A stretch of DNA of 64,000 nucleotides from Bacteroidales bacterium. Lineage in GTDB: Bacteria; Bacteroidota; Bacteroidia; Bacteroidales; WCHB1-69. The position numbers and the translations under genes were made by a program. Where the stretch lies: the NCBI GenBank assembly GCA_017616775.1, contig JAFZXM010000052.1, positions 77,282-141,281 on the forward strand, written 5' to 3'. Below the pieces are notes generated by a model that worked only from the letters and a program-made list of their open reading frames with translations, made no database searches and was not told where the DNA came from. Every line of letters begins with the position of its first letter. Position 1 is the first letter of the stretch. Shown one piece after another: positions 14,704-23,883 of the stretch.

Positions 14704-15489
14704 TTATATGTTTGTATCTTCTGTTTCAAGTTGTAAACCGTCGTATCCCAAACGGCAATAACAGGGTAGGGTAGCAAAGTGGCTGTCTTCTTGTGCGTGC
14801 AGCCCCATATCGTGACTGATATGCGTAAAATAGGTGCGTTTGGGTTTGATTTCATTTACCAGTTGCAAAGCTTCCTCCACATTGAAATGGGAATAATGCT
14901 TTTTTTTGCGTAAAGCATCCAATATCAGGATATCCAATCCGTGAAGTTTGGCCGTTTCTTCAGGGGCTATATAGTTGGCATCGGTAATATAGGCAAAGTT
15001 ATCAATGCGATATCCCAATATAGGCATGTGCATGTGCATTAGTTGTATGGGAATAATGTGTATGCCTTGCACATCAAAAGCATCCTTGCCGATGGTGTGC
15101 AATTTTATTTCAGGCACGCCAGGATAAGGATTGTCGCAAAAGGCATAGGGAAATTCATCGCGTATGCTTTGGCAGGTGGCACTGTTGGCATATACGTCCA
15201 TGACCTGTTTTTGCAGATGATTGAAAGCACGGATGTCGTCAAGCCCGCCTAAATGATCTTTATGCTGATGGGTAAAAAGCAGAAAATCCAAATGCGTAAT
15301 GTGCTCGCGTAACATTTGAGCCCTGAAATCCGGACCCGTATCTATCACAAAAGATTTGCCTTTGTGCTCTATATATACCGACGAACGCAAACGGTGATCT
15401 TTACTGTCGGCAGAACGGCATACCTTGCATTGGCATCCTATAATGGGAACGCCTTGAGATGTGCCGGTGCCAAGTAATATTATTTTCAA
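14704..15489 (-). CDS. MBL-fold metallo-hydrolase (PhnP-like)
   Basis: HQHKDHLGG (HxHxDH) motif and GCQCKVC near the N-terminus. The track ORF (to 15663) runs through its own -7 box. No in-frame ATG follows the box, so I propose TTG 15489 (LKIILLGTGTS). Confidence 0.75.
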   Translation of the reverse strand: MKIILLGTGTSQGVPIIGCQCKVCRSADSKDHRLRSSVYIEHKGKSFVIDTGPDFRAQMLREHITHLDFLLFTHQHKDHLGGLDDIRAFNHLQKQVMDVYANSATCQSIRDEFPYAFCDNPYPGVPEIKLHTIGKDAFDVQGIHIIPIQLMHMHMPILGYRIDNFAYITDANYIAPEETAKLHGLDILILDALRKKKHYSHFNVEEALQLVNEIKPKRTYFTHISHDMGLHAQEDSHFATLPCYCRLGYDGLQLETEDTNI

Positions 15490-15515
15490 AGAATATCCGC
15501 TTTTTATTTCTGTTG

Positions 15516-15523
15516 CAAAAGTA
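15516..15523 (-). promoter_or_regulatory. -7 promoter box (TACTTTTG on minus strand) for the MBL gene
   Basis: The forward-strand sequence CAAAAGTA is the reverse complement of TACTTTTG. It lies 27 nt upstream of TTG 15489. Confidence 0.5.
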
Positions 15524-15652
15524 TCATTTTTTTTTATTAGTGTCCGCCAAACCGGCAGGAATATTGTAATGATAAAAATGTATCCGGAAAGGTATCCCTT
15601 TCCTAATAATGCACATATCACATTGAGAAAGGGAAAATTTGCAAAAAAAATG

Positions 15653-15660
15653 TATCTTTG
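15653..15660 (+). promoter_or_regulatory. -7 promoter box (TATCTTTG) for the decayed Fic-like gene
   Basis: TAnnTTTG 24 nt upstream of ATG 15684. Confidence 0.5.
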
Positions 15661-15683
15661 CAAAATAAATCAAATTCTTTGTC

Positions 15684-16145
15684 ATGGCAAAAACAAAAGA
15701 GATCATTGAAGAACCTTTGGAAAAGCCGCCGACAAGCTGATTTTGGAGAATTTTTGGAGAAGATAAAATTGTAAAGGTTGTGAAAAATAACAAAGATAAT
15801 ACTTCTTATATCAACTTTGACGAATATATCCGTCAGGGAGAGCCGGAAAAGAAGAAACGTGCCGATGCATGGCGCGTAGCCATCGGTTTGCAAGCCGTGG
15901 ACGGGCTGAAAACATCGGCGTATCTTCAAGAATTGGCTCGTCGAAATATTGAGGGCGAGATTACGATTGACGAGGTTAAGACGCTTATTGACCAATACTA
16001 TGCCGAGAAAAAGGTGGGGAGGGTACTACCTGATTTAAGCATCCCAACAAATGCCAAACCAGCACCCGACAAGCCCCGCCATCCCGGACAAAAATATCTG
16101 CTCACCGCCAAAGGAATCAGGTTGTACAACAATATGTTGACATAG
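15684..16145 (+). pseudogene. decayed Fic-family gene retaining only the VbhA-antitoxin-like N-terminal region
   Basis: ATG 15684 opens an 18-codon frame stopped by in-frame TGA 15738-15740. The same frame continues into the track ORF (GTG 15780). YINFDEYIRQGEP..AWRVAIGLQAVDGLKTSAYLQELARRNIEGEITIDEV matches the N-terminal module of Bacteroides Fic proteins. No HxFx(D/E)GNGRxxR core follows. Confidence 0.5.
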
Positions 16146-16149
16146 GTGC

Positions 16150-16201
16150 GGTGCCTTCGGCAGGCACTGAAGGGAAGGTGCCTTCGACAGGCTCAGGCAC
16201 C
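16150..16201. repeat. two GC-rich hairpins built from a 16-nt direct repeat (GGTGCCTTCGrCAGGC) between convergent genes; probable terminators
   Basis: Copies at 16150-16165 and 16177-16192 with 1 mismatch. Stems GTGCC/GGCAC and GGTGCC/GGCACC. Confidence 0.4.
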
Positions 16202-16248
16202 GGTATAAAATTGCGGAGAAAAAGGGTTGATAGGGCAAATTAAATCAT

Positions 16249-17256
16249 TTACTCTTTTTTCTTTTCAAGCATTCCACGTATCTGTTTGTCAAAATCGGAG
16301 TCAATACGCTGTGTTTTGTTGAAAATATCGTACTCGCTCTCTGCCTTGGCTTTGGCATCGGCTGCGGAGATACGCCCTTTGTCGGGCAAAATTCTGTAAT
16401 CGTTGAATGCGAGAAACTTCTCCACACTGGCAGCAAACTGCTCCATAGTGAAGGCATTGTGCAACTCTATCTGATTTTCAATATAGTCAAAATAAGAAGT
16501 AACAGCACGCTCCAGCCGCTTAATTTCATTTTCCGGCAGATAGTTCTTAGCTATTGACACATCACTTTTCAAAATTCGGCCATCAGGAGCATTTTTCCAA
16601 GTGGTCAGTCCCATATTGGCCTTTTGGTGGTCGGCATTGGTATAAATGATTTCTGCAGCTGTTTGCCCTGTGATAGCATAATGGAAACGGTTCTGTATCA
16701 TTGCGTAAAAATCGTGGGTAGAGGGGGCGTTCTTGTCGTAGTCAATGCTGCATTCCGCATAGATATCGGTAATCTGCTGCCAGATACGTCGCTCACTGGC
16801 ACGGATGGAACGCACACGCTCCAACAATTCGCGAAAATAATCTTTTCCAAAAACCGCAGTACCCTGTTTCAAACGTTCGTCATTGAGTACGAATCCCTTC
16901 CGTATATACTCGTTGAGAATCTTTGTAGCCCATATACGGAATTTGGTTGCCCGTGCCGATGACACGCGGTAGCCCACGGCAATGACCGCATCAAGAGAAT
17001 AGAACGTTGTCAAATACTTTTTGCCGTCTGAAGCAGTTGCCGAGATTTTCTCGGTAACTGAATTTTTATCTAATTCATTAGCTGCAAATATGTTTTTAAG
17101 ATGTAGTCCCACGTTGTCTGTTGAACAGCCAAACAATTGTGCCATCGCTTTCTGCGTTGCCCAAATGGTCTCATCTTTGATAACCACCTGCACCTTGCCC
17201 TCCTCCTCGGGCAATTGGTATAATATGAATTGTATTTCGTTCATTGTGCTATCCAC
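16249..17256 (-). CDS. RhuM-family protein
   Basis: 335 aa. IWATQKAMAQLF...DGKKYLTTFYSLDAVIAVGYRVSSARATKFRIWATKILNEYIRKGFVLNDERLK is the RhuM signature region as I know it. Confidence 0.75.
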   Translation of the reverse strand: MDSTMNEIQFILYQLPEEEGKVQVVIKDETIWATQKAMAQLFGCSTDNVGLHLKNIFAANELDKNSVTEKISATASDGKKYLTTFYSLDAVIAVGYRVSSARATKFRIWATKILNEYIRKGFVLNDERLKQGTAVFGKDYFRELLERVRSIRASERRIWQQITDIYAECSIDYDKNAPSTHDFYAMIQNRFHYAITGQTAAEIIYTNADHQKANMGLTTWKNAPDGRILKSDVSIAKNYLPENEIKRLERAVTSYFDYIENQIELHNAFTMEQFAASVEKFLAFNDYRILPDKGRISAADAKAKAESEYDIFNKTQRIDSDFDKQIRGMLEKKKE

Positions 17257-17407
17257 TATATTTGTTTTTACGTTTTTTTTGTTTCTATTCCTTCTTTCCT
17301 GCCTTCGAACTTCTTATTACATGCTGCTTTATTACTTCTATAAGCGGAGAAAAATGATTGTCGGGGCAAGTGTAATCTTATCTATTGATACAGTTTATCA
17401 CAATATG

Positions 17408-18337
17408 TCAATCCAAGGATTCAGGTTCGTCATTTTTGTCTGTGTTTTCACGTATTGTTGGATTCGATGCTAAAATATAATTACTATTGCATATATAACC
17501 TTCTTGCTCATAGCCTCGATGAAAACGGTGAATAGTTGAAATGAGATTTAAGACTCTTTCGTCTTCTACAGTCATATTCCTATAATGAGATAGTTGTGAG
17601 TTGTATAAATCAATGTTCCCATTGGAAATACGTTCTTCGTAATCTTTTGGTATAAATAACGAAGCTCGCTCTCCTAAATGTCGATAAAACTCATTCTGGT
17701 AGATGGCGACTCCTGCCAAATCCAAATCACCGAAATGAACATATCTGTTGGGAATAGACAAGAGCCATTTTAATAGATCTTTGCTCTGGTTTTGCGGATA
17801 GCGGGTTACGAACAGGACCTTTCTATATTCATTAAAAAGATATTTTTGACGAGCAATATGGCGAAAGTTCTCAGCATTTTCTACGCCAATAACCACGACA
17901 TCTTCGGATATGTGGAAATGCTGATAGTCAGCAATGAACATGAAAGTGCCATCTGGAGGAAGTATTGTCAGTTGTTTCCCGTCTAAAACAGCATAAATGG
18001 GCTGATAACTGTTCACTAAGAATCCTGCAAACGAGCGGTGTAACAGAAACTTACTGTCACCTGTAACTTCCACCTGTGAGGCTCTGTCAACACTCCCATC
18101 AGTAAGTAGTTCATGTGTTTGTTCCAAATTGCGGATGTCGTATTGGCCAGCCAGATAGTTGCGGAAGGTTGAGGTGTCTGACACACGAAGGCTCTTATGA
18201 CTGCCGCGTGTAATACCTAACAAGATGCCGTCTGTCTGCATCTGCTCAAACCAATCTCCCTTCAGGCTGCTGGCAGGCAAAGTCTCGCCATTAGCTAAAC
18301 GAATCAGTTTTTCTATGAGTGCAGCAGTTTTTTTCAT
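17408..18337 (-). CDS. jetD: JetD/MksG-like Toprim-domain protein (putative nuclease subunit of the SMC operon)
   Basis: 309 aa. Toprim-like acidic motifs VIGVENAENF and HFGDLDLAGVAIY. ATGA start/stop overlap with the upstream ATPase gene. Confidence 0.6.
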   Translation of the reverse strand: MKKTAALIEKLIRLANGETLPASSLKGDWFEQMQTDGILLGITRGSHKSLRVSDTSTFRNYLAGQYDIRNLEQTHELLTDGSVDRASQVEVTGDSKFLLHRSFAGFLVNSYQPIYAVLDGKQLTILPPDGTFMFIADYQHFHISEDVVVIGVENAENFRHIARQKYLFNEYRKVLFVTRYPQNQSKDLLKWLLSIPNRYVHFGDLDLAGVAIYQNEFYRHLGERASLFIPKDYEERISNGNIDLYNSQLSHYRNMTVEDERVLNLISTIHRFHRGYEQEGYICNSNYILASNPTIRENTDKNDEPESLD

Positions 18338-21300
18338 CTTATAGTCAGTAAAGTTTTAACAATGGTATTACTTTTCTCGTCTTTGCTGAGAGAGTAGGTG
18401 TATTTGTATGCCAACGCATTATAGGTCGTCGGAGATGAGTTGATTAGGAAAATGTTACGTTTGCTCGCGAAATCAAGAATTCCTTCCACGTTCTTGGGAT
18501 GCAATTTACCAATCTCATCCATCATACAATGGAGTTTGAAGTCGCCGAACTTACGGGATATTTTGGATTTGAATACATTGATGAGCATAATATTCACCAT
18601 TGCCTTCACCAAAATATCAGTGCCGTCAGAGCCTACATTTGAGAGTTTCTCTACCCAACTGGTGTCGTTATCGTTCTCCTTCACCTTAAACTCCAGTTTG
18701 AAGGTGTCTGCCAAAGTGATATTCTCTCGCTTTTGCTCAGCATCCATCATATCTATGAGTGTCATCAACAAATTTACGGCTTGTTCATTAGTGCGATTCA
18801 AGTCTTTTTCTGTCGTGAAGAGGTTCAGGTTTCCGATATCATATCCGTGTTCATCATCAAAGTGCTTGATGTTTAACAGTTGCTGCATCAGCCTGTCGTT
18901 GCTCTCCACGGCACGTAGTTCTATCTCCTTGATAACTCCGACAAAATTGTTCTCTCTGAAGTCACGATTAATGTCAAGAATTGTCTTTTCGATGTCAGAT
19001 TTATGCTGGCTTAGATCACTAACATCCTTTGCAATCCGTTTAATGATGGTAGCATACTGACGACTGGTACGAACACGATACTGCTCAATCTTGTTGTTGC
19101 TTATAAATTCATTAAGTTCTGCGGCAAAATCCGTATAGTCCGCATCAGTGTTGAATTCTGTACGGAAATGGAAGGTGTTTTGTGCTGAGAAATTGCCCTT
19201 GAATCGGACGACTGCCTGTTTGAAATCCTCAAATTTTTGTTGCTGGGTGCTAATTCGGTCACGAAGTTCTTCCAGAATGTCAGCAAGCGGTTTAACAGTT
19301 TCTATGTCCTTTGCTGAAAGCAACTCTGGCGGACAAGTGGGGTTGCCCATAAAAGCATGAACCTTGCTGATGGCATCATTCAGCTTCTTTTGTTCGTCTT
19401 GCAGTTTGCGTAATTCAGTTGAAAGCACACCGATTTTCTCGTCATATTGCTGCTTTCGTTTTTGGAATTTATCTTGTAGTTCATCTATCTTTTGGCGAAT
19501 GAGTTTACGTTCATCCTTTTTCTTCTGTTCCAGATTGAAATACTCGCGTGTGTCGTTCTGCCATGAAATAAAGTTGGGACGATGTTCTTCTATGTATTTC
19601 AGTTCATCAGTTACTTTTTGTAGTTGTTGGCGGATGATAGCCAATTGATTGACATCTACGCCAAGTCCTTTTAGTTCAGCATCCATCTGTGCCTGCAATT
19701 CACCTTTTTGTTGTGCAACATCTTGTTCTTTACTTTTCAGCTCAGCATTAATATCCGATTTTTGTTGGTCACATGTATCCTTTAACTCTTTCTTCTGTTT
19801 TTCAAAAGATTTACGATTGTTCTCCAACTCTTTGTCTCGCTGGTCTGTAAAGAGTTTTCCCTGATTGCTAATGGCCTCGATTTCTTTATCTGTCTCTCCA
19901 ATCCTCTTTTGAAGCTTCTCGAGTTCCTCATTACGCCATTTCTTCAAACTTTCCATAGAATCAAATTGCTTCTTCTGAAGCAGTTCTATTCGACGAGGTA
20001 TTTGATTGTATTCTGCATCGACAGTCATCTTCTCCATGCGGAGTTGTTTTAGGCTCGCACCCGGCTTCCGCTCCAACCCTGCAATGTCGGCTTCCAACTG
20101 CTGTTTCCTGAGAGTATTTTTTTTGTTCAGTTCGTCAATTTTCCGTTCCATCGAAACTTTCTGAGCTTTCAGTTCATCAGGTGTCTTGATGATCTTCTCA
20201 ATGTTGTCGGTCTCAATCTTAACACCATAAATGCTGTTGGATGGACCAACAAACTGAGGATTCAATGAAGTATTATAGAGTACGGCATCTTCATCAAGCA
20301 CACGTCCAATATTCTCTTCCCAGCCATTCACATTCTCGCCCAACCATTCTATGAGAGAGCCCTTTTGGCGACTGAGCATATCTGTAACCTTTTCTATTTC
20401 GGTATTGATTTGCTTTATTTCATTCTCAATGGCTGCGACATCTTTCTCACATGCCACTTCCAATTCTTTACGCTGCATACCAACTTCATTGACAATATGG
20501 TCAATCTCCTGCTGCTTGCTAGAAGACTCCTGAAATAGCTTCAACTTTTTGTCATTCAACTCCTTCAACTTCCGCTCTTGTTCATCCATCTCATCTTGGT
20601 AAGGATTTGACTGCTTCACCCTCTGCTGCTGAAGTTTAAGGTCACTCTTTGTCTGACGAGCATCGTCTAATTGGGTCTGATTTTCTTTTAGCTTCTGATC
20701 ATATTGTCCACGAACAACTTCTGTTAGTTCTGTCATTTCTGTTTGCAGACGATTTTGCGCCTGCAAAAGTTGGCTATCCAATTCGTTGATACGTTGTTGG
20801 CATTGTAACTTGTATGCCTGTAGTTGATTCTCAACATCCTGTATTAATGTGTCATATTTAGACTTGACACTCTGGTTCTTGTCCGTCAGCGTATCTTCCT
20901 GATGCAACAGAGTTTGCTGTTGTATTTTAAGTTCACCTTCTCTACCAATACGCTCTGCAATTCTTTCTATTCCGATTTCTGCATAGTGCTGACGCTTATC
21001 TTTGACCTTCTTCAAGAAGTCATCTATGATAGCTTCATTACCCTTCAATCCGTCACGCTCTTTTGTAAACTTGTCGTTTTCTTCTTCCAATAGTCTATTC
21101 TGTCGGGATAAATCCTGACTACAGTCTGTTTCTTGCTCTGCTAACTGTGGCAAAAGGTTTGTATCTCGTTCCAATGCGTAATTCAACTGACCACAAAGTT
21201 CTGAGATTAGTTTACGGACATACTCATAATCAGTGTATTTCTCAATAACAGCTTCCGCATCAGTCTTTACTTTTACTTTGCCGTTCTTCTCTACCTTGTA

Positions 21301-21993
21301 CCATTTCCAAATATCTTCATACTGCTGACGGAAATTCTTTACCTCTTCACGGTAACGATTCAGGTCAATGTCGTCGCTCGCGAAGTCCATTGAGTCAATG
21401 ATAGTGTCTTTGATTACGCGAGACTCCAAGCTTTGGTTCAGGAAGATATTCTGAATAGTCAATGGCACCTGGCGGTATTTTGTACTCTCCATCAATGAGA
21501 AACGGCGAAATTCTTTTGCCACCTGTTGACTGTTGCCATAGATAATATCACGAAACTCCTCATAGCCACGAATGATATTGCTTTTGAACACGCGAGTGCC
21601 TATCTGCTCGCTAATGCGTCCCCATTCATATCGTACACTTCTGTCTTCCTCGACAAAGAACTTTTTGTCGTACGCACAGTCAACAATACGGAAGGCTGTA
21701 CGCCCATGTGAGAGGAAGGTCATCACAAAAAACTTGCCAGTCTCACGGCATACTTCGTAAATGATGTAAGAGTTCTGGTGAGGCAGATAGAACTCATCGT
21801 AACTCTTCTGTCCAGCTTGAGTCTTAATGCCAAGTTTGTTCTTATCGACATTATAGAAGAATAAAATTGAACGGAGCAGAGTTGATTTACCAACGCCCTG
21901 CGTTCCAATAAAATGCACATTGCCATCAAGTTTTATCTCTGCGTATGGAACGTGTGCACTATTGATGAATATGATTTTATTGAGGTATCTCAT
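18334..21993 (-). CDS. jetC: SMC/JetC-like ATPase with long coiled coil
   Basis: 1219 aa. Walker A GTQGVGKST (aa 30-38), about 700 aa of E/K/Q/L-rich coiled-coil-like sequence, C-terminal Walker B-like LHCMMDE. Confidence 0.7.
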   Translation of the reverse strand: MRYLNKIIFINSAHVPYAEIKLDGNVHFIGTQGVGKSTLLRSILFFYNVDKNKLGIKTQAGQKSYDEFYLPHQNSYIIYEVCRETGKFFVMTFLSHGRTAFRIVDCAYDKKFFVEEDRSVRYEWGRISEQIGTRVFKSNIIRGYEEFRDIIYGNSQQVAKEFRRFSLMESTKYRQVPLTIQNIFLNQSLESRVIKDTIIDSMDFASDDIDLNRYREEVKNFRQQYEDIWKWYKVEKNGKVKVKTDAEAVIEKYTDYEYVRKLISELCGQLNYALERDTNLLPQLAEQETDCSQDLSRQNRLLEEENDKFTKERDGLKGNEAIIDDFLKKVKDKRQHYAEIGIERIAERIGREGELKIQQQTLLHQEDTLTDKNQSVKSKYDTLIQDVENQLQAYKLQCQQRINELDSQLLQAQNRLQTEMTELTEVVRGQYDQKLKENQTQLDDARQTKSDLKLQQQRVKQSNPYQDEMDEQERKLKELNDKKLKLFQESSSKQQEIDHIVNEVGMQRKELEVACEKDVAAIENEIKQINTEIEKVTDMLSRQKGSLIEWLGENVNGWEENIGRVLDEDAVLYNTSLNPQFVGPSNSIYGVKIETDNIEKIIKTPDELKAQKVSMERKIDELNKKNTLRKQQLEADIAGLERKPGASLKQLRMEKMTVDAEYNQIPRRIELLQKKQFDSMESLKKWRNEELEKLQKRIGETDKEIEAISNQGKLFTDQRDKELENNRKSFEKQKKELKDTCDQQKSDINAELKSKEQDVAQQKGELQAQMDAELKGLGVDVNQLAIIRQQLQKVTDELKYIEEHRPNFISWQNDTREYFNLEQKKKDERKLIRQKIDELQDKFQKRKQQYDEKIGVLSTELRKLQDEQKKLNDAISKVHAFMGNPTCPPELLSAKDIETVKPLADILEELRDRISTQQQKFEDFKQAVVRFKGNFSAQNTFHFRTEFNTDADYTDFAAELNEFISNNKIEQYRVRTSRQYATIIKRIAKDVSDLSQHKSDIEKTILDINRDFRENNFVGVIKEIELRAVESNDRLMQQLLNIKHFDDEHGYDIGNLNLFTTEKDLNRTNEQAVNLLMTLIDMMDAEQKRENITLADTFKLEFKVKENDNDTSWVEKLSNVGSDGTDILVKAMVNIMLINVFKSKISRKFGDFKLHCMMDEIGKLHPKNVEGILDFASKRNIFLINSSPTTYNALAYKYTYSLSKDEKSNTIVKTLLTIR

Positions 21994-22528
21994 CTTTCAC
22001 GTCTTCGTCTATGTTAATACAAAGTATAATCTGCTCGATGTAATGAAAAGCATTGGTAACCTGATACGTGCTGTCAACCTCATTCACCATCTCCGCAAAC
22101 CCCATATTTTCTAACGCATCTGCCAACGCCTCCAGCTTTTGGCGATTCGACGGTTTGTCTGGAAACATCTGGGACAGTTTCTCTTTTAAACCTGGTATTG
22201 TGGAAAGCTTCACTTCCATCTGAACCAAACTAAACTGAGTTCCTGCATCAAAAGCCGTGTCGTATGTCTTCAGGAAGTCAAGATAGTCAATCCAAGAAAA
22301 CAACGATTGCAACTTGTTTTCTGTTGTCACCTTCGCTTCCTTGCGGCTGAAGTAGTAGAATCCGTCGCCACTACATAGTTGGAAGTCTATCTGACTGAAA
22401 TAGTCTTCATACTCCTGTTGGTTCTCTTCTATATCATTATAAATGGCACGCGTATCCGCATCAATGCTGTTACTCGATATAAATTGTCCCCGACTGAGGC
22501 GTTGGAATATTTCGCTTGTATATTTCAT
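21977..22528 (-). CDS. small acidic subunit in the JetB/MukE (KITE) position
   Basis: 183 aa, acidic. Overlaps neighbours by 17 nt downstream and by ATGA upstream. Assignment rests on size and position only. Confidence 0.4.
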   Translation of the reverse strand: MKYTSEIFQRLSRGQFISSNSIDADTRAIYNDIEENQQEYEDYFSQIDFQLCSGDGFYYFSRKEAKVTTENKLQSLFSWIDYLDFLKTYDTAFDAGTQFSLVQMEVKLSTIPGLKEKLSQMFPDKPSNRQKLEALADALENMGFAEMVNEVDSTYQVTNAFHYIEQIILCINIDEDVKDEIPQ

Positions 22529-23718
22529 AGTGGGTATATAATAGGATATTCTATGTTGTTCATTGTCTTCATCTCGTCTGTATAGTGCAATTGGTCTGGA
22601 TATTGTGATGCCATTTGTAGAAAGAGCACCAGACGCAATTCTTTGTCAAGCAAGTCAGTAAACGAATAGTTCCATACGTAGTAGAACAAATCGCGACTTT
22701 GAGCCAAGAAACCATTCAGCAATTCTTGATGGTTGAAAGCTCGAGCCGTTTCTGTTTGTTCCTCTAGGTAGTTGGAATCTATCCTCTCGGCCAGTCTCGA
22801 CTTGATGTTGGCTTTCTTTGACAGACGCCGTCTGATGTTGTCAAGAATATCAAGCGCAGTGTCCTCATTACGAAGGAAATCAAGAGAGACACGTGTGATG
22901 TACTTTGGCTGACGTTCCATCCAGACATCGTTTGTTTGTGTAACGATTTCCTTAATATTGGTTGTTTGCTCAATCATGTACTGATCGTGCAAATATTTCA
23001 ACTGGCGAACACGTTTCACTAAACGACTTTGGTATTCAATACGGTTTAAATAATCAATAATTTGGGCTGATACAGCAATAAGGCCGTGTGCCGAATCTTT
23101 CAAACTGTCACGTACTTCGCTTACGGTTTGTTTAAGACTATAATTCGCTGCACTCGCAAAGAAGATATGTTGTTCGTCTATAACACGTTCAGTCTGCCTT
23201 ATTAGTTCTGCTATCAGTTGCCCTTTTTCATCAAAATCTTTAAGACGAAGTTCCTTAATCTTGAAATTAGGTTCCTGCTTATAGGTGTCATCAACATTCC
23301 TTTTCAAATCCATCACATTTCTGCGAGTGGTATTCTCAATGCTCTTGAATGTGTGACGTATTTCTCTGAGAAATCCTTCTCTGCGAATATTGTTCTCAGC
23401 CGCCAGATAAGAATCAATACCAAGTTTCAGTTTATCAATATATGTCTTGACAGAAGAAATATTGATATCTTCGTTTACGGCCAGAACTTCCTCAAAGAAT
23501 CGTTGATATGCATCGTCCAGTTCCAATGCTTCCCCAGATTGCACAATCACTCCGAAAGTTATCAAATGCTTTAGTTTGTTCTCGTCTCCCTCCAATGTTT
23601 CGAGAGCATCATCATACTTTACGGCAACTGTCTTGCGTTTCATAAACATATCGTTCAGCAGTTTTGTGCCCTGCTGAAGTCCACGAATCAGTTCTTTTAT
23701 TGAATGATATGTCGCCAT
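22525..23718 (-). CDS. helical subunit in the JetA/MukF (kleisin) position
   Basis: 397 aa and first gene of the coupled operon. Assignment rests on size, position and composition only. Confidence 0.4.
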   Translation of the reverse strand: MATYHSIKELIRGLQQGTKLLNDMFMKRKTVAVKYDDALETLEGDENKLKHLITFGVIVQSGEALELDDAYQRFFEEVLAVNEDINISSVKTYIDKLKLGIDSYLAAENNIRREGFLREIRHTFKSIENTTRRNVMDLKRNVDDTYKQEPNFKIKELRLKDFDEKGQLIAELIRQTERVIDEQHIFFASAANYSLKQTVSEVRDSLKDSAHGLIAVSAQIIDYLNRIEYQSRLVKRVRQLKYLHDQYMIEQTTNIKEIVTQTNDVWMERQPKYITRVSLDFLRNEDTALDILDNIRRRLSKKANIKSRLAERIDSNYLEEQTETARAFNHQELLNGFLAQSRDLFYYVWNYSFTDLLDKELRLVLFLQMASQYPDQLHYTDEMKTMNNIEYPIIYPL

Positions 23719-23883
23719 GTTTAATTTATTTAGTACTTATACGTCGCCGTGGTGTTGCTTAAAATTCCTGAAAGTGCGGAAATCGGAAGTTTGCTATTCT
23801 AAGAAAGTGATATGTCTTTTCTTTATTATTCCATTTAAATTCAATAATTTTTATTCTATTAGAAAAATCATGGTATTTATAAT

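Noticed and set aside
18440-19060. 206-aa + strand ORF, with several shorter ones through 21760
   Set aside because: They are antisense to the coiled-coil ATPase gene. Their S/L/F-rich low complexity is the mirror image of the E/K/Q codons.
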